Origin: Candidatus Poribacteria bacterium
GTDB lineage: Bacteria; Poribacteria; WGA-4E; WGA-3G
DNA: 64,000 nt
NCBI GenBank assembly: GCA_965205015.1
Contig: OZ242029.1
Span: forward strand, 2,816,001-2,880,000
Reading direction: 5' to 3'
Under the pieces are notes generated by a model. The model was not told the DNA's origin, searched no databases, and saw only the letters and a list, made by a program, of their open reading frames with translations. The translations under genes and the position numbers were made by a program. Position 1 is the first letter of the stretch, and the number at the start of each line of letters is the position of its first letter. Shown piece after piece: positions 9,938 to 20,401 of this stretch.

Positions 9938-12880
9938 TTAATTGAGAATCTCATCCCAATCCCACAAGAAAATTGTGCCATCCATGGCAGTGCTGACGAG
10001 CGTTTTACCATCTGGTGAAAACGCTAACGTTGCAACTTGTTGCGTATGTCCATCAAGAACCGAGATCTGGTCTCCTGTTGTAACTTTCCACAATTGGATT
10101 GCACCGTAGCTGTGTCCATTAACAAGTACCGCACCATCCGGCGAAAATATCAACGGTTTGGCGTAACCCGTGAATGTGTTTCTACCTCGTCTGTGCCCTG
10201 TGCTAATTGAAAAAAGTTTATTACCGGTATCCACGTCCCATAAATGGACGTGACGATGCGTCCCGACAGCAAGCAAGGTCCCGTCTGGAGAAAATGCCAA
10301 GGCAGCAATATGACCCAAATTCTCGCGCCCCGTTGATTCTTCAAAAGCAGCTAAGGTTCCGCTAGTCACAACATCCCACATCTGGATTTTCCCGCGTTGT
10401 GTGCCACTGACGAGCCTTGTACCGTCTGGCGAAAATGTCAATGCAGAAACCCTCGGCATATTGCGAACATTAGTTTTCGGATCAGCGAGGCGGATATTCT
10501 GTTCATCGCCGGTTTCCGTATTCCACAAACGAATTTCACCGGAACCAGAAAATGCCACCATTTTGCCATCAGGAGAAAAAGTCAGTTCATCGGTTCCCTT
10601 ACTATACTGTAGGGTTATGAGTTCACGTCCCGTTCTTACATCCGTCAGGCGAATCAGATGGTCTGAACGCCAAGTCATCAGCGGGAAGCCGTTTGCTTCA
10701 AAGACTACAGCACCTTCTGCCCCTACACTAACGAGTTTCGTGCCATCAGGTGAAAACGCCAAGGTTGGGAACCAATCCCGATGTCCTGTAGATTGGATGG
10801 CGGACTTTTGCGAGGTTTTCACATCCCAAAGGGTAACTATGCCATTAAACGCCACACTTGCAAGTGTGGAACTATCCTCAAAGAAAGTCACCGCCTTCAT
10901 CGACTGTGTGTGTCCGGAGATAGGGTTATCTATCGGAGCACCAGTCTCCGTCTGCCAGAAATGGACCGTGCCATCCGTACTGCTGCTGGCAAGCGTTTGA
11001 CCATCGGGTGAAAACGCTAATGCGGTGATACCGTTGCGGTGACCGGTGAGCGTCACAAGCGGTTCACCTGTGGTGGTGTCCCACAACTGCACTGTTTTAT
11101 CGGTACTCCCACTGGCAAGCCTCTCTCCATCTGGAGAAAACGCTAATACGTTTGTCCAACCTGTATGTCCTTGAAGTGTGACCCATTCGTTCTTGTTGGT
11201 GGTGTCCCACAATCGCACTGTTTTATCGGTACTCCCACTGGCGAGGCGGGTGCCATCGGGTGAAAACGCCAACGCTAATATATTCGGCATAGACGATGAT
11301 TTGCGATGTGAAGGCTTACCAAGGGGTTGAATAGACAAATCTACATGTCCTCTAAGGGTGGATAACTTTTTACGGGTCTTCACATTCCACAGTTCAATCT
11401 TCCCGTCCTCCTTCCCGATTGCAATTTTATCGTGATCCATCGCGTAGACAACATCAAAACTAACATCCCTTGTAAATAATCCCTGACTAAATAGCCAACC
11501 GAATAGCCCAGTTTTGAGATACTTCGTATGCTCTCTGCCGGTCTCAACGTTCAGTTCGCTAATTGCATTTCCTGAGTTACTCAAACTGATAAGCGTTTTT
11601 CCATCTGAAGAGAACCGTAATACCGATGCAGCAGCATATAAATCCTTGAGCAACACTTCGCGTCCCGTCGGTACTTCCCACACTCGGATTTCCGTCTTCC
11701 CGGAATAACCACCGCTACTTGCAAGGAAACGCCCATCAAATGAAAAAGCGAGGCATTGAGATTTGCCAGCAAATAGATTTCTCTCTTTGCCCGTTTCTAC
11801 ATCGTAGAGCCAGATCCCGATATTACTACCGACTGCGAGTTGTGCGCCATCGGGTGAAAACTGAATTACGTTAGCGCCGCCTTTTCCCAAACGCGCTTTC
11901 GCCTTTTCAGGTAGTTTCCATTGCGTATAATTTATGCCAGTTTCATCCGATTCCGCAGCGGCAAATAGCATCAGTTCCTCATCAGGCTGCTGTTCAGAGA
12001 TATGACTCTTATTCGATGCAGTGGAAGCATTTCCGAATTGCGTCCGCACATCCGGTTTAGATTCGATATCCAGCACAACGGGTGCTTCGATAAGTTCAAC
12101 AGTCATTTCCGAAGGGGCATCGAAGCTGTAAGGCTTCTGGAAACGCGCGAAATATTGATTGCTTACCCCCAACATCAACAACACCACTGCTAACGTAGAA
12201 GTCGCAATTGCCCACGGTGCGAATGGTTTACTATTAGGTGGCGTAACCGGTTTCAGACGCGAAATCTCGCGCATGATATTCTCTGTCAGATTCGGTGTGA
12301 TCTGGAAATTCTCCAAAGCCTCTCTTATCATGGGTTCCTCCCTCTTTAAACGCTCTTGTGCGCGGCGCAGACGACTCCTAATTGTATTTGCCGACACACC
12401 CAGAAACTTGCCAATTTCCGCACTGGACATTTCACCGAAGTAACGCAGCGTTAGAATCGTGCGATCACTCTCTGGAAGTTTAGCGAGCAACTTTTTCACA
12501 GCTGCGCGTTGTGCTTCTATCGCTGTCCGTTCGTTTTCGGCAATGATATGCCCTGAATACGTCGCGCGCTCTAACTGAGCGATGCCTGTATCTTCAAGCG
12601 ACTGCATCCACAAACGCTTTTTACGCAGCCATGCAGTACATTGACGACTCGCTATCACATAGAGCCAACTCGCAAAGGACTGCGGTTCCTTCAGTGTTGA
12701 GAGTCTTTGATACGCTTTCAGGAACGTATCCTGCGTAATTTCCTCGGCAATGTGGAAATCCCCGATCTTCCGCCATACGAGGGCGTGAACGGGTTTTTGG
12801 TATTTCCTCACGAGCTGCGTGAAAGCGGTATCATTGCCGTCAAGCGTGCGGCGAATGAGTTCAACGTCACTATTTTTCAT
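9938..12880 (-). CDS. ECF sigma factor - TM helix - WD40 beta-propeller fusion
   Basis: Sigma region 2 (AEEITQDTFLKAY..FASWLYVIA) and region 4 (EIGKFLGVSANTIRSRLRRA), TM 'WAIATSTLAVVLLMLGV', many GH..V..LAFSPDG..LASGS.D..V.LWD repeats. GGAGG RBS before ATG 12880. Confidence 0.92.
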   Translation of the reverse strand: MKNSDVELIRRTLDGNDTAFTQLVRKYQKPVHALVWRKIGDFHIAEEITQDTFLKAYQRLSTLKEPQSFASWLYVIASRQCTAWLRKKRLWMQSLEDTGIAQLERATYSGHIIAENERTAIEAQRAAVKKLLAKLPESDRTILTLRYFGEMSSAEIGKFLGVSANTIRSRLRRAQERLKREEPMIREALENFQITPNLTENIMREISRLKPVTPPNSKPFAPWAIATSTLAVVLLMLGVSNQYFARFQKPYSFDAPSEMTVELIEAPVVLDIESKPDVRTQFGNASTASNKSHISEQQPDEELMLFAAAESDETGINYTQWKLPEKAKARLGKGGANVIQFSPDGAQLAVGSNIGIWLYDVETGKERNLFAGKSQCLAFSFDGRFLASSGGYSGKTEIRVWEVPTGREVLLKDLYAAASVLRFSSDGKTLISLSNSGNAISELNVETGREHTKYLKTGLFGWLFSQGLFTRDVSFDVVYAMDHDKIAIGKEDGKIELWNVKTRKKLSTLRGHVDLSIQPLGKPSHRKSSSMPNILALAFSPDGTRLASGSTDKTVRLWDTTNKNEWVTLQGHTGWTNVLAFSPDGERLASGSTDKTVQLWDTTTGEPLVTLTGHRNGITALAFSPDGQTLASSSTDGTVHFWQTETGAPIDNPISGHTQSMKAVTFFEDSSTLASVAFNGIVTLWDVKTSQKSAIQSTGHRDWFPTLAFSPDGTKLVSVGAEGAVVFEANGFPLMTWRSDHLIRLTDVRTGRELITLQYSKGTDELTFSPDGKMVAFSGSGEIRLWNTETGDEQNIRLADPKTNVRNMPRVSALTFSPDGTRLVSGTQRGKIQMWDVVTSGTLAAFEESTGRENLGHIAALAFSPDGTLLAVGTHRHVHLWDVDTGNKLFSISTGHRRGRNTFTGYAKPLIFSPDGAVLVNGHSYGAIQLWKVTTGDQISVLDGHTQQVATLAFSPDGKTLVSTAMDGTIFLWDWDEILN

Positions 12881-12930
12881 GAATTCCCTCCGATTGTTCC
12901 ATTTTTCATGAATTCCCTCCGATCGTTCCA
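12873..12930. repeat. 29-bp tandem duplication spanning the RBS and start codon of the ECF-WD40 gene
   Basis: tttttcatgaattccctccgat(t/c)gttcca x2. Confidence 0.9.
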
Positions 12931-12933
12931 TAG

Positions 12934-12977
12934 TGACGCGACTTAGGGGTACAACTGGTGCATAATTCTGCAAAAAA
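12934..12977 (-). promoter_or_regulatory. ECF-type promoter copy 1 (upstream of ECF-WD40 gene)
   Basis: Minus strand TTTTTTGCAGAATTAT-GCACC-N17-GCGTCA. Confidence 0.7.
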
Positions 12978-13083
12978 CACATACGCGTTTGGGAAAGAAG
13001 GATTCGTTTGGTTTTATCAATAGTGTACAATTCTAAGTTTGTGTAAATCTTAGGGCAATTTGTCAAGTGAATCAGAAACGAGC

Positions 13084-14937
13084 TTATTGCATCCGCCCCA
13101 TCTGCGCCATCATTTGGATCATCTGTATAAGCTGCTTGAAGTCGCCGAGTTTAAGGAGGAGTTTCGCACCAATGCTACTTTCCTGTCTTTTGGCGGAAAA
13201 ACTGATACTATAGTCCTCTGGTAGATTCATAAAGATCCCCGAAAGTAGTTGCAGTGCTGCATTATTCGGATCCATCTCCCCCAACATCGGCAAAGAATTT
13301 TTAGTCGTGATTGCTGGAGAAATCGCAATGAAAATATTGTTGTCCGTCCCTAATTGGTCAACGAGCTTCTGATAACTCGGGAAGTCAGAAAACTTCTCCT
13401 CGTTTCCGACTTTCCTATCAAGTGCCATTTGAATTGCTTCTGGACCCGTGCCCGTTGCGAAAAGGAGTTGCCCTTCGGTAAACCCATAATACCAGTGTAA
13501 TTCAGTGGGCATCAAACCAGCGATTTCCTCAGGGAATTCCTCGGGAAGTCTCGCGGTGAAATTAGGAAAAATGTAACTTTTAATTTCAACGCGGTTGTGC
13601 ATCATTGATGGACCTGCATAAATACCGCCTTCCTGGAGTTGTTCCAGAAACACCTCATCCATATAGGTTTTGGCACGTTGCGCATCTTTCAACTCATAGA
13701 TGAACAGAGAATCGGGTAACAAGCTACCCCTAAAGTTGAAAGAGACGCTCCACCGATCCACCAGAGATTCATGAAAATCTTTGATCTGCTCAAAGAGCAA
13801 ATCCCGCCGTGCTTCTTGTTCTGGCGTTTCTTGTGGAAAGGCGGCTAACAGGAGTTCGCTGAGTTCAACCTGCAGCTGCGGGCACCCCTGAAAGGCACCG
13901 TTCACAGATGCACGATTTGGCAGCTCGTCGAGAAAAGCCAATTCACCGGATACCTCTTCCAACAGTTTCAAAAATTCGCTATCGCTCCTGAGTTTTAGAA
14001 ACGGCTTGATTTGGAGATCAGTTCCCTCCACTTCAAGTCTCACACTGATAGATTGAAGCTTCTCAATGGACTCTCTATCTTTTTCAGGTATGTCTTCAGG
14101 TATGTCTTCAAAGAAGGATGCAATCGTTTTGGATGTCTCATCACCAGCCTTGAGAGTTTCTACGATTGATTCCAATTCCTCCTCAAGGGGACGATCGAAA
14201 GTAGCAATAATTCCCTCAATATCAATGCACACGCCTCCCTGATCGTCACCTGCCAAAATGTCGGCAAGGAAGGTGCTGTAATTTGCGTTCTGTGTGATAG
14301 TCGCTCCGGTTCCGTTATAGATATCAATAACGTTCTCACAAACCCCATGGGGCGTTGAAAAAACGAGGATGTTCTTCAAAATAACAAAACTCTGGTTACC
14401 TTCGGTTGCGTTCCAATAGGTTACGCCTTTATGTTCCGCGGGAACACTGCCTTTCGCTTCAATCATCTGTTTCATTGCCTCGGGATCTATTAGATGCGCA
14501 AGGGCGGAGAGATGCAATGGCTGCAAACTGGTAATAAAGACAGTGAAATCTCGGTTCACATCCAACCCAATTGCTTCAAAATCGGCTAAACTTTCAAACG
14601 CATCTCCGAAAATACGCTTCAAAATCTGCGTAGATACATTGGGAACCTCGATTTGTGGGGAAAGCTCCGCCATCATCGTATTAATTCTGTTATCCAGCTC
14701 AAGCAGGCTGGGGCAGTAGCTAACCCCCAATGCCCCTTTCGGAATTAGGCGCAGAACACTACTGTCTGGAACAGCAACTGGAGCACCTTGAGGTTTTTGA
14801 GAAGGCGTATCTATGGGTGTTGGTTCGGATACCTTAGATGAATCTGGCACGGCTTCTACCACATTTGAAGTGGCGAATAGAAGGGTTATCAGAGATATCG
14901 ACACGATGAAGCATGAAAGTAAACATTTCTTTAACAT
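13084..14937 (-). CDS. Secreted hypothetical protein (DUF3352-like)
   Basis: Signal peptide MLKKCLLSCFIVSISLITLLFA and AAGGAG RBS. 'LRLIPKGA' start and alpha/beta pattern resemble DUF3352. Confidence 0.6.
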   Translation of the reverse strand: MLKKCLLSCFIVSISLITLLFATSNVVEAVPDSSKVSEPTPIDTPSQKPQGAPVAVPDSSVLRLIPKGALGVSYCPSLLELDNRINTMMAELSPQIEVPNVSTQILKRIFGDAFESLADFEAIGLDVNRDFTVFITSLQPLHLSALAHLIDPEAMKQMIEAKGSVPAEHKGVTYWNATEGNQSFVILKNILVFSTPHGVCENVIDIYNGTGATITQNANYSTFLADILAGDDQGGVCIDIEGIIATFDRPLEEELESIVETLKAGDETSKTIASFFEDIPEDIPEKDRESIEKLQSISVRLEVEGTDLQIKPFLKLRSDSEFLKLLEEVSGELAFLDELPNRASVNGAFQGCPQLQVELSELLLAAFPQETPEQEARRDLLFEQIKDFHESLVDRWSVSFNFRGSLLPDSLFIYELKDAQRAKTYMDEVFLEQLQEGGIYAGPSMMHNRVEIKSYIFPNFTARLPEEFPEEIAGLMPTELHWYYGFTEGQLLFATGTGPEAIQMALDRKVGNEEKFSDFPSYQKLVDQLGTDNNIFIAISPAITTKNSLPMLGEMDPNNAALQLLSGIFMNLPEDYSISFSAKRQESSIGAKLLLKLGDFKQLIQMIQMMAQMGRMQ

Positions 14938-15039
14938 TGCTTTCTCCTTAGGCGTGTGAAACTTGTGATACCATGTCCCCGTTTTTGTCTTACTTGTCCC
15001 ATTTTTCCGATAAATTCCACTGTTTGTCAATGAAGACTT

Positions 15040-15155
15040 TATAGTAAGTCCCACAATTACGTGGACACTGGGGCGAGGTTAGAAACCTCGCCAGCGGGAT
15101 GCAGGATGGTGCTGCTACTCCCTGAGGTGTTAACTTATTTTTCGACTTTGCTATA
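15040..15155. mobile_element. MITE-like element, diverged copy C
   Basis: Ends TATAGTAAG / CTTTGCTATA, with the same GGCGAGG..CCTCGCCAGCGG core as copies A and B. Confidence 0.7.
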
Positions 15156-15164
15156 ATTGTTAAG

Positions 15165-15208
15165 TGACGCAATTTACTCCGTGATGGGGTGCATAGGTCC
15201 AGAAAAAA
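15165..15208 (-). promoter_or_regulatory. ECF-type promoter copy 2
   Basis: Minus strand GCACC(15192-15188)-N17-GCGTCA(15170-15165). Confidence 0.65.
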
Positions 15209-15275
15209 TGCAAAAATATTTTCTGCAATTCAAAGTATATAAACGATTCTGTTGGTATTTAGTATACTGGAAAAT

Positions 15276-15400
15276 TATAGTAAAACCCAAAAATAAGTGA
15301 ACATTCGTAGCACAAACTGTCCAGTTTGTGCAGGGGAGGCACGCAAACTAACAGTTTGCGCTACAATCGGGGTGCCCAAGTAATTATTGACTCTACTATA
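15276..15400. mobile_element. MITE-like element, copy D (inverted, different internal hairpins)
   Basis: TATAGTAAAACCC...CTCTACTATA. Internal GCACAAACT..AGTTTGTGC and CGCAAACT..AGTTTGCG hairpins. Confidence 0.7.
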
Positions 15401-15520
15401 AAACGTGGGACGTGCTGGGGGGTTTACCTTTTGTTAAATAAATGGTGAGAAAGATAACGCAATGAGAGACTACTGACGTAGCAGAGGTTGTGGAAGTTCA
15501 CTATGAATCCGTGTGCCGCA

Positions 15521-16852
15521 TTATCTCAATGTAGCGTCTATAGAGATTCTCGCGAGGAAAGAATTGACTTTCCCTTCTCCACTGAACGAATTACCGGTGG
15601 CACCTAACTTAAAGCGCGTGCCTTCATCAAAACGGTGCGTGATCCTTCCGCCCTTACCGGGTACAATCCCTGATGCTGCGGTGAGTATAACCTGAGGCAT
15701 GCCGTCTGTTGAGAATTCGCTGTCGCTTGCAAACAGGATGAACGCACCGGCAGCCTCGGCACTCCCCATCCAGAGATCAATCGTGAGCATACCACCATCT
15801 TTAAACGCCGTCGCATCAATCTCAACAACGGTGTAATCTTGAGTGCCTGCTGTCGGTGTTCGGAAAATATTCAAGATATCCTGTGAAGGTTCTTCATCGT
15901 TGAGCACGACGCTTTTTGCCTGTGTGGAAAGAAACCTCGGTGTGTATTCCGATTGATCTGCCTTCGGTGCAAATCCATCACCCTTACGCGGGGTCATAGA
16001 TTTACCAACTTGTGTCCGCACATTCGGTTTTGATGCAAGATCCAGGACAATAGGAGTGTCAATAAGTTCCACCGTCATCTCCGATGGGGCGGCAAAATCG
16101 TAGGGCTGTTGGAAACGTGTTAAGTACTGACTGCTTGCTCCAAATGCCATTAAAACGAGGACGAGGGTTGAGGTAGCGAGTGCCCACGGCACGAACGGCT
16201 TACCACTGGGGGGTGTGGTGGGTTGGATGCGGGAAATCTCTTGCATGATTTTCTCGGTGAGATTCGCCCGAATCTGAAAGCCTTCCAGTGCTTCTCGGAT
16301 CATCGGTTCTGCCTTCTTTAAGCGGAGTCGCGCACGACGAAGCCGACTCTTAACAGTGCTCGCCGATACCCCCAAAAAACGGCTGATCTCTTCACACGTC
16401 ATCTCTCCAAAATAGTGGAGTGTGACGACGGTGCGTTCACTTTCCTGCAACCGGGCGAGCAATCTTTGGACGATGCCGCGCTGCGCCTCTACCGCAGCTT
16501 TTTCCTGCTCCTCGGCAATGTATTGGGAATACGTCACTCCTTCTATTAGTTCGATGTCCGTATCTTCCAACGATTGCGTCGGCATCCGTTTTTTTCTCAG
16601 CCACGCTTGGCATTGACGTGCGGCGATTCTATAAAGCCATCCTGCAAAGCGACTCGGATCCTTCAACGTTTCCAGTTTCTTGTAGACTCGCAGAAAAGTG
16701 TCCTGTGTAATCTCTTCCGCGACGTGGAAATCGCCAACTTTCCGCCATGCGAGCGCGTGGACTGGCTTTTGGTATTTTTTCACCAACTTCGCAAAGGCGT
16801 TTTCATCGCCTGTGAGACTGCGTTGAATTAGTTCTACATCGTCGTTCTTCAT
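15521..16852 (-). CDS. ECF sigma factor - TM helix - extracytoplasmic 'domain X' fusion
   Basis: N-terminal ~280 aa paralogous to the ECF-WD40 protein. C-terminal ~120 aa homologous to the C-termini of the three SelN-like proteins. Confidence 0.9.
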   Translation of the reverse strand: MKNDDVELIQRSLTGDENAFAKLVKKYQKPVHALAWRKVGDFHVAEEITQDTFLRVYKKLETLKDPSRFAGWLYRIAARQCQAWLRKKRMPTQSLEDTDIELIEGVTYSQYIAEEQEKAAVEAQRGIVQRLLARLQESERTVVTLHYFGEMTCEEISRFLGVSASTVKSRLRRARLRLKKAEPMIREALEGFQIRANLTEKIMQEISRIQPTTPPSGKPFVPWALATSTLVLVLMAFGASSQYLTRFQQPYDFAAPSEMTVELIDTPIVLDLASKPNVRTQVGKSMTPRKGDGFAPKADQSEYTPRFLSTQAKSVVLNDEEPSQDILNIFRTPTAGTQDYTVVEIDATAFKDGGMLTIDLWMGSAEAAGAFILFASDSEFSTDGMPQVILTAASGIVPGKGGRITHRFDEGTRFKLGATGNSFSGEGKVNSFLARISIDATLR

Positions 16853-16960
16853 CTGTCCCCTCCAAAGAACTAAATTTGGAGAACCTTCAAGAATGATAAC
16901 GAGGCTGACAGGTTGGACGAAAATCCGTGGACATCCATCCAACCTGCTTATATCTTTGAA

Positions 16961-18946
16961 TCACTGGGCATCATAAATGAACCAGTTACCTTCCACTTTT
17001 CGCATCTTAACAGATACCTCCGAGGGATCTGCCATTGGCACTCTCAACCTGAAGTGGAATTCATCACCCACATACTCGCTGCCTAAGATCTCCATCTGAC
17101 GCAATATTTGACGCATCCGAGTACGCACATCCTCTGGCGCATCCTCAAAATCAACTTCAAATGTATGTCGGGCATCCCCTATAAGCATCGGATGTATTGT
17201 CTCTGCATCAAGGTTCTTAAATGCTTCCACGAAAGCGTTCATCACATCTTCCGCGGATTGATTTAAGTGCGCTGATGACACTTCTTTCCCATCCAATGCC
17301 TGATTCGGTTCAACAGAGATTTTCGCCACGAAGGCATTGACCTGCCCTTTCTTACTATGCCAATCACCGGTCGCCCCTAATTTAAAGTGATGCCCCCGGT
17401 CGAAAGGATAGATGATTTTCTTGGATTTACCCGGTGAGACTCCCCATGCCGAAGCAACCGCGTTCCGAGGTGCACCTTCTGTTGGGGGTTCGCTTTCGCC
17501 ATCAAACAGGTGGAACGAACCTGCAGCCTCTGCATGTCCGACGGAGATATTGATCGTAAGCACACCTCCATTTTCAAACGCCGTGGTATCAATTTTAATG
17601 ATAGTGTAATCTTGATAACCCGGTTCTGGTGTCCGAAAGATATTAAGGATCTCCTGTGAGGTTCGAACATCATTGAGTACAACCTTCAAACGACTCAATG
17701 CGGTATCCGAGTTGAGGGGCTCTGGTTCTGAAGTATCTTCACCGAATCCGGGAAGTTTTCCGTCTAAAGCTTCCTTGAGAAACGTTAGGTAACGTTGCCC
17801 CATGTTTGCTCCGAGAAGATCATTGACGGGCTGCCTGCCCATCAATTCAAGATCTGTTGAAAGAATCAAGGAATCTGACGGCGAACGCTTCTTCCACCCT
17901 TTCATGATTGCCTGTGCCAAAGGGGACTTTTTGTCGAATGGCTTGAATCCATGCTGGTGTCTCAATGCCATGAAAACTTTCTTATTAGCGGTGCGCTCCA
18001 ATTCGACATTCGACACCCAGGTATTGATAAAATTGTCATTCAAGAACTCAATGACTCGGTTGTTGGAGAGGACAACTGCCCTCAGGGCTTTACCGCTCCC
18101 TCAGCACGATTCATCCATCAATGGTCCATCTATAGAGATAGCGTGAATCGGCTTCTGTTGTGCGTGTGCCATCTCCAATACCTCATCTGGCGGCACCCAA
18201 TTAATTTGCTGTGATTTGTAGAAATTCGTTATCAGGGCACGTTCAGCGGTTTCTTGGGTAATCGCTTCTGCGAATTCGACGTTCTTCAGTAAATCTGGCC
18301 TTCCGGCACGAAGTTCCATTTGCGAACAGAAACCTGCATCTGTAATAGAGCTTCCGGGTCCGTATTTACTCCAGTTAACATCAAAGTTTACTGTGCCTTC
18401 AGGGACATACATCTTAAAGAAAGCGACCTTTTTTTGAATTCGATCAATTACAAGATGACCGGTAAACAGCGATGGAGTAAACCACCCATCCTTTAGTTTA
18501 AACTCCGCGTGAATCCGAAACACGATGTCGGCAAATGTATCGTTGTAAGCGCGCAGGCATGCCCACAAACCATAGGAATCGCCCGAGTTGATATGCATCT
18601 TCAAATTCGGATTGGGATGAAGTTGCCGTAGCAATTCTAATGCCCCGGTATTTTCAATCTGCCAGAGTTCGCCGATCGAAACCGCTTTGTCTGGAAGAAA
18701 GGCGCGGAAAACCGAGGCAGGATGCTGCTTCTCTGGTTCAGCAACGCGTAGATTTGCCAATGCCTCCCAATCTACATGGAAATTGGACAAGGTACTCACG
18801 ATTGGGGCGATGAAGCCTTTGACGGACATTTCAGATGCACCATCAAGATTAAGTGTAATTTTTTTATTCTGTGTCAAGTCCTCATTAGCGTTTAATTGTC
18901 CGCTTATCACAATCAGAGTGAGAAATCCAATCATTAGGGTTTTCAT
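16961..18946 (-). CDS. Selenoprotein N-like protein 1 (661 aa; Sec at TGA 18103-18101; signal peptide; domain X plus NTF2-like tail)
   Basis: ORFs 18101-19060 and 16961-18043 are in frame across a single TGA: GPLMDESC-U-GSGKALRAVVLSNNRVIEFLNDNFINTW. FRIHAEF motif present. AAGGAG RBS before ATG 18946. Confidence 0.85.
18068..18083 (-). promoter_or_regulatory. Candidate bacterial SECIS hairpin (SelN-like 1)
   Basis: GAGGGC-AGUU-GUCCUC, starting 18 nt after the UGA. Confidence 0.6.
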
Positions 18947-19144
18947 TTTTACTTCTCCTTGTAATAGAATAACATTACTACGTAAACAACGTCTATCCCA
19001 AAAGTTGTTGCTCGCGTAGATTCTCATCTTTATGGTTTGGAGCGTTGAGGTCGAGCGCACACCTTAATCCTTAAAATTATCCAAACTTTAGTAATTTTAA
19101 TAACGGCAATTTTATCTTTCAGTCGGTTTGCCACGCGCATTCCT

Positions 19145-19954
19145 TTAGAGCCCTCTTAGGAGGGATACCCACCGTTCCCATACGGCTTTAGTGGCAGTTT
19201 TCTGTGCTTCGTTGGCATCTTCTGTCATACCGCGCATCAGGAAAGCGTGACCGACCCCTTCATAGATGACGGGTTCGTAGGTGATGTTTGCGGCATCCGC
19301 CGCGGCTTTAGTGGCATCAATTGTGGCATTGATACGATTGTCGTTCTCGGCGTAGAAGCCATACACCGGTGCTGATATTTTGGGGATATCTTCCGTTGAT
19401 GGGGCAGGACCGTAAAACACAAAACTAGCGGCTATTGTGGTGGAATGAACAGCGTAACTGAACGTTTGACCACCTCCCCAGCAGAATCCGGAGACTGCAA
19501 CCTTTTCATTGGTTTCAGGTAGATTTCGGACATATTTTTCGATGGCATCCAGGTCGGATGTGACTTGGGAGGGTGGGAGTTCGCTGATAGCCCATGGTAC
19601 GTCGTCCCTTGAGTCGAAACTTTCTGTGCCGCCACCGTCAGGTCCCATGCCGGAAAGCATATCTGGACAAATTGCGACAAACCCTTCGGCAGCGAGCGTG
19701 TCTGCGACGAGTCGTATCCAATTGGTGAGTCCGCGACCCTGGTGGATGACGATGATAGCCGTTGCGGGTTCTTTCACCGTTGGATAAACGATAAACGCAT
19801 TGACGATACGCGCATCGGAGGTCGTAACTTTCACCCTTTCGCTGTGTCGCGGGGATACGTCAAGTTGAGTTTTTATACTATCAGCCTCTGCATCGGCAAT
19901 GAACAATAAACCGGTGACAATGATACCTAACATAAGCGTGTGGGCTATCTGCAT
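19145..19954 (-). CDS. Dienelactone hydrolase family protein (secreted)
   Basis: GFCWGG nucleophile motif, YEGVGHAF and a signal peptide. Confidence 0.9.
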   Translation of the reverse strand: MQIAHTLMLGIIVTGLLFIADAEADSIKTQLDVSPRHSERVKVTTSDARIVNAFIVYPTVKEPATAIIVIHQGRGLTNWIRLVADTLAAEGFVAICPDMLSGMGPDGGGTESFDSRDDVPWAISELPPSQVTSDLDAIEKYVRNLPETNEKVAVSGFCWGGGQTFSYAVHSTTIAASFVFYGPAPSTEDIPKISAPVYGFYAENDNRINATIDATKAAADAANITYEPVIYEGVGHAFLMRGMTEDANEAQKTATKAVWERWVSLLRGL

Positions 19955-20208
19955 AGTTTTTTCCTTATTTTTCCTTTGTACTGTGAATAATGGACTCTAC
20001 TACCTTTTAGATATTCTTTAGGACTTACGCGATAATTTAATATCTCAGCATTAAGCCCATTCCCCGATTTATCAATAATCGTCTGATCTGTAACCTCATC
20101 AAACGTCAGGTAAAAAACGAGTCCCTCATCCAAACTCGCGTTGGCGGAAATCGTCCCCAGGAGAATAAGGGGTCCCCAAAAAGCTGCACCGATAAATCCT
20201 CGTATCAT
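19945..20208 (-). pseudogene. Truncated LamG-family gene (N-terminal ~57 aa only)
   Basis: Matches the N-terminus of 24264-25082 (LDEGLVFYLTFD..IIDKSGNGLNAEIL), then similarity ends. Confidence 0.75.
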
Positions 20209-20280
20209 GTTTTCTTTTCCTCCTATAGAGTCATTTGAGTTTTCTAAAGCTTGTCACACAAATCTCGTGTCGATATATAA

Positions 20281-20324
20281 TGACGCGGAGGATTGGAAAA
20301 ACGGTTGCTTAATTCTGCAAAAAA
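20281..20324 (-). promoter_or_regulatory. ECF-type promoter copy 3
   Basis: TTTTTTGCAGAATTAA-GCAAC-N17-GCGTCATTATA. Confidence 0.75.
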
Positions 20325-20401
20325 TAGAGAAAATATGATACGGGAAATGGATTTGGTTTGTTCATAGACTAAATCTGAATATGAAGCGCGTTGGATCCGC
20401 G

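Noticed and set aside
12881-13066. N-terminal extensions in the ORF track (13066, 15054, 16942, 19060, 25121, 47354)
   Set aside because: Downstream ATGs have clear RBSs and match paralog starts. The extensions run over promoters or repeats.
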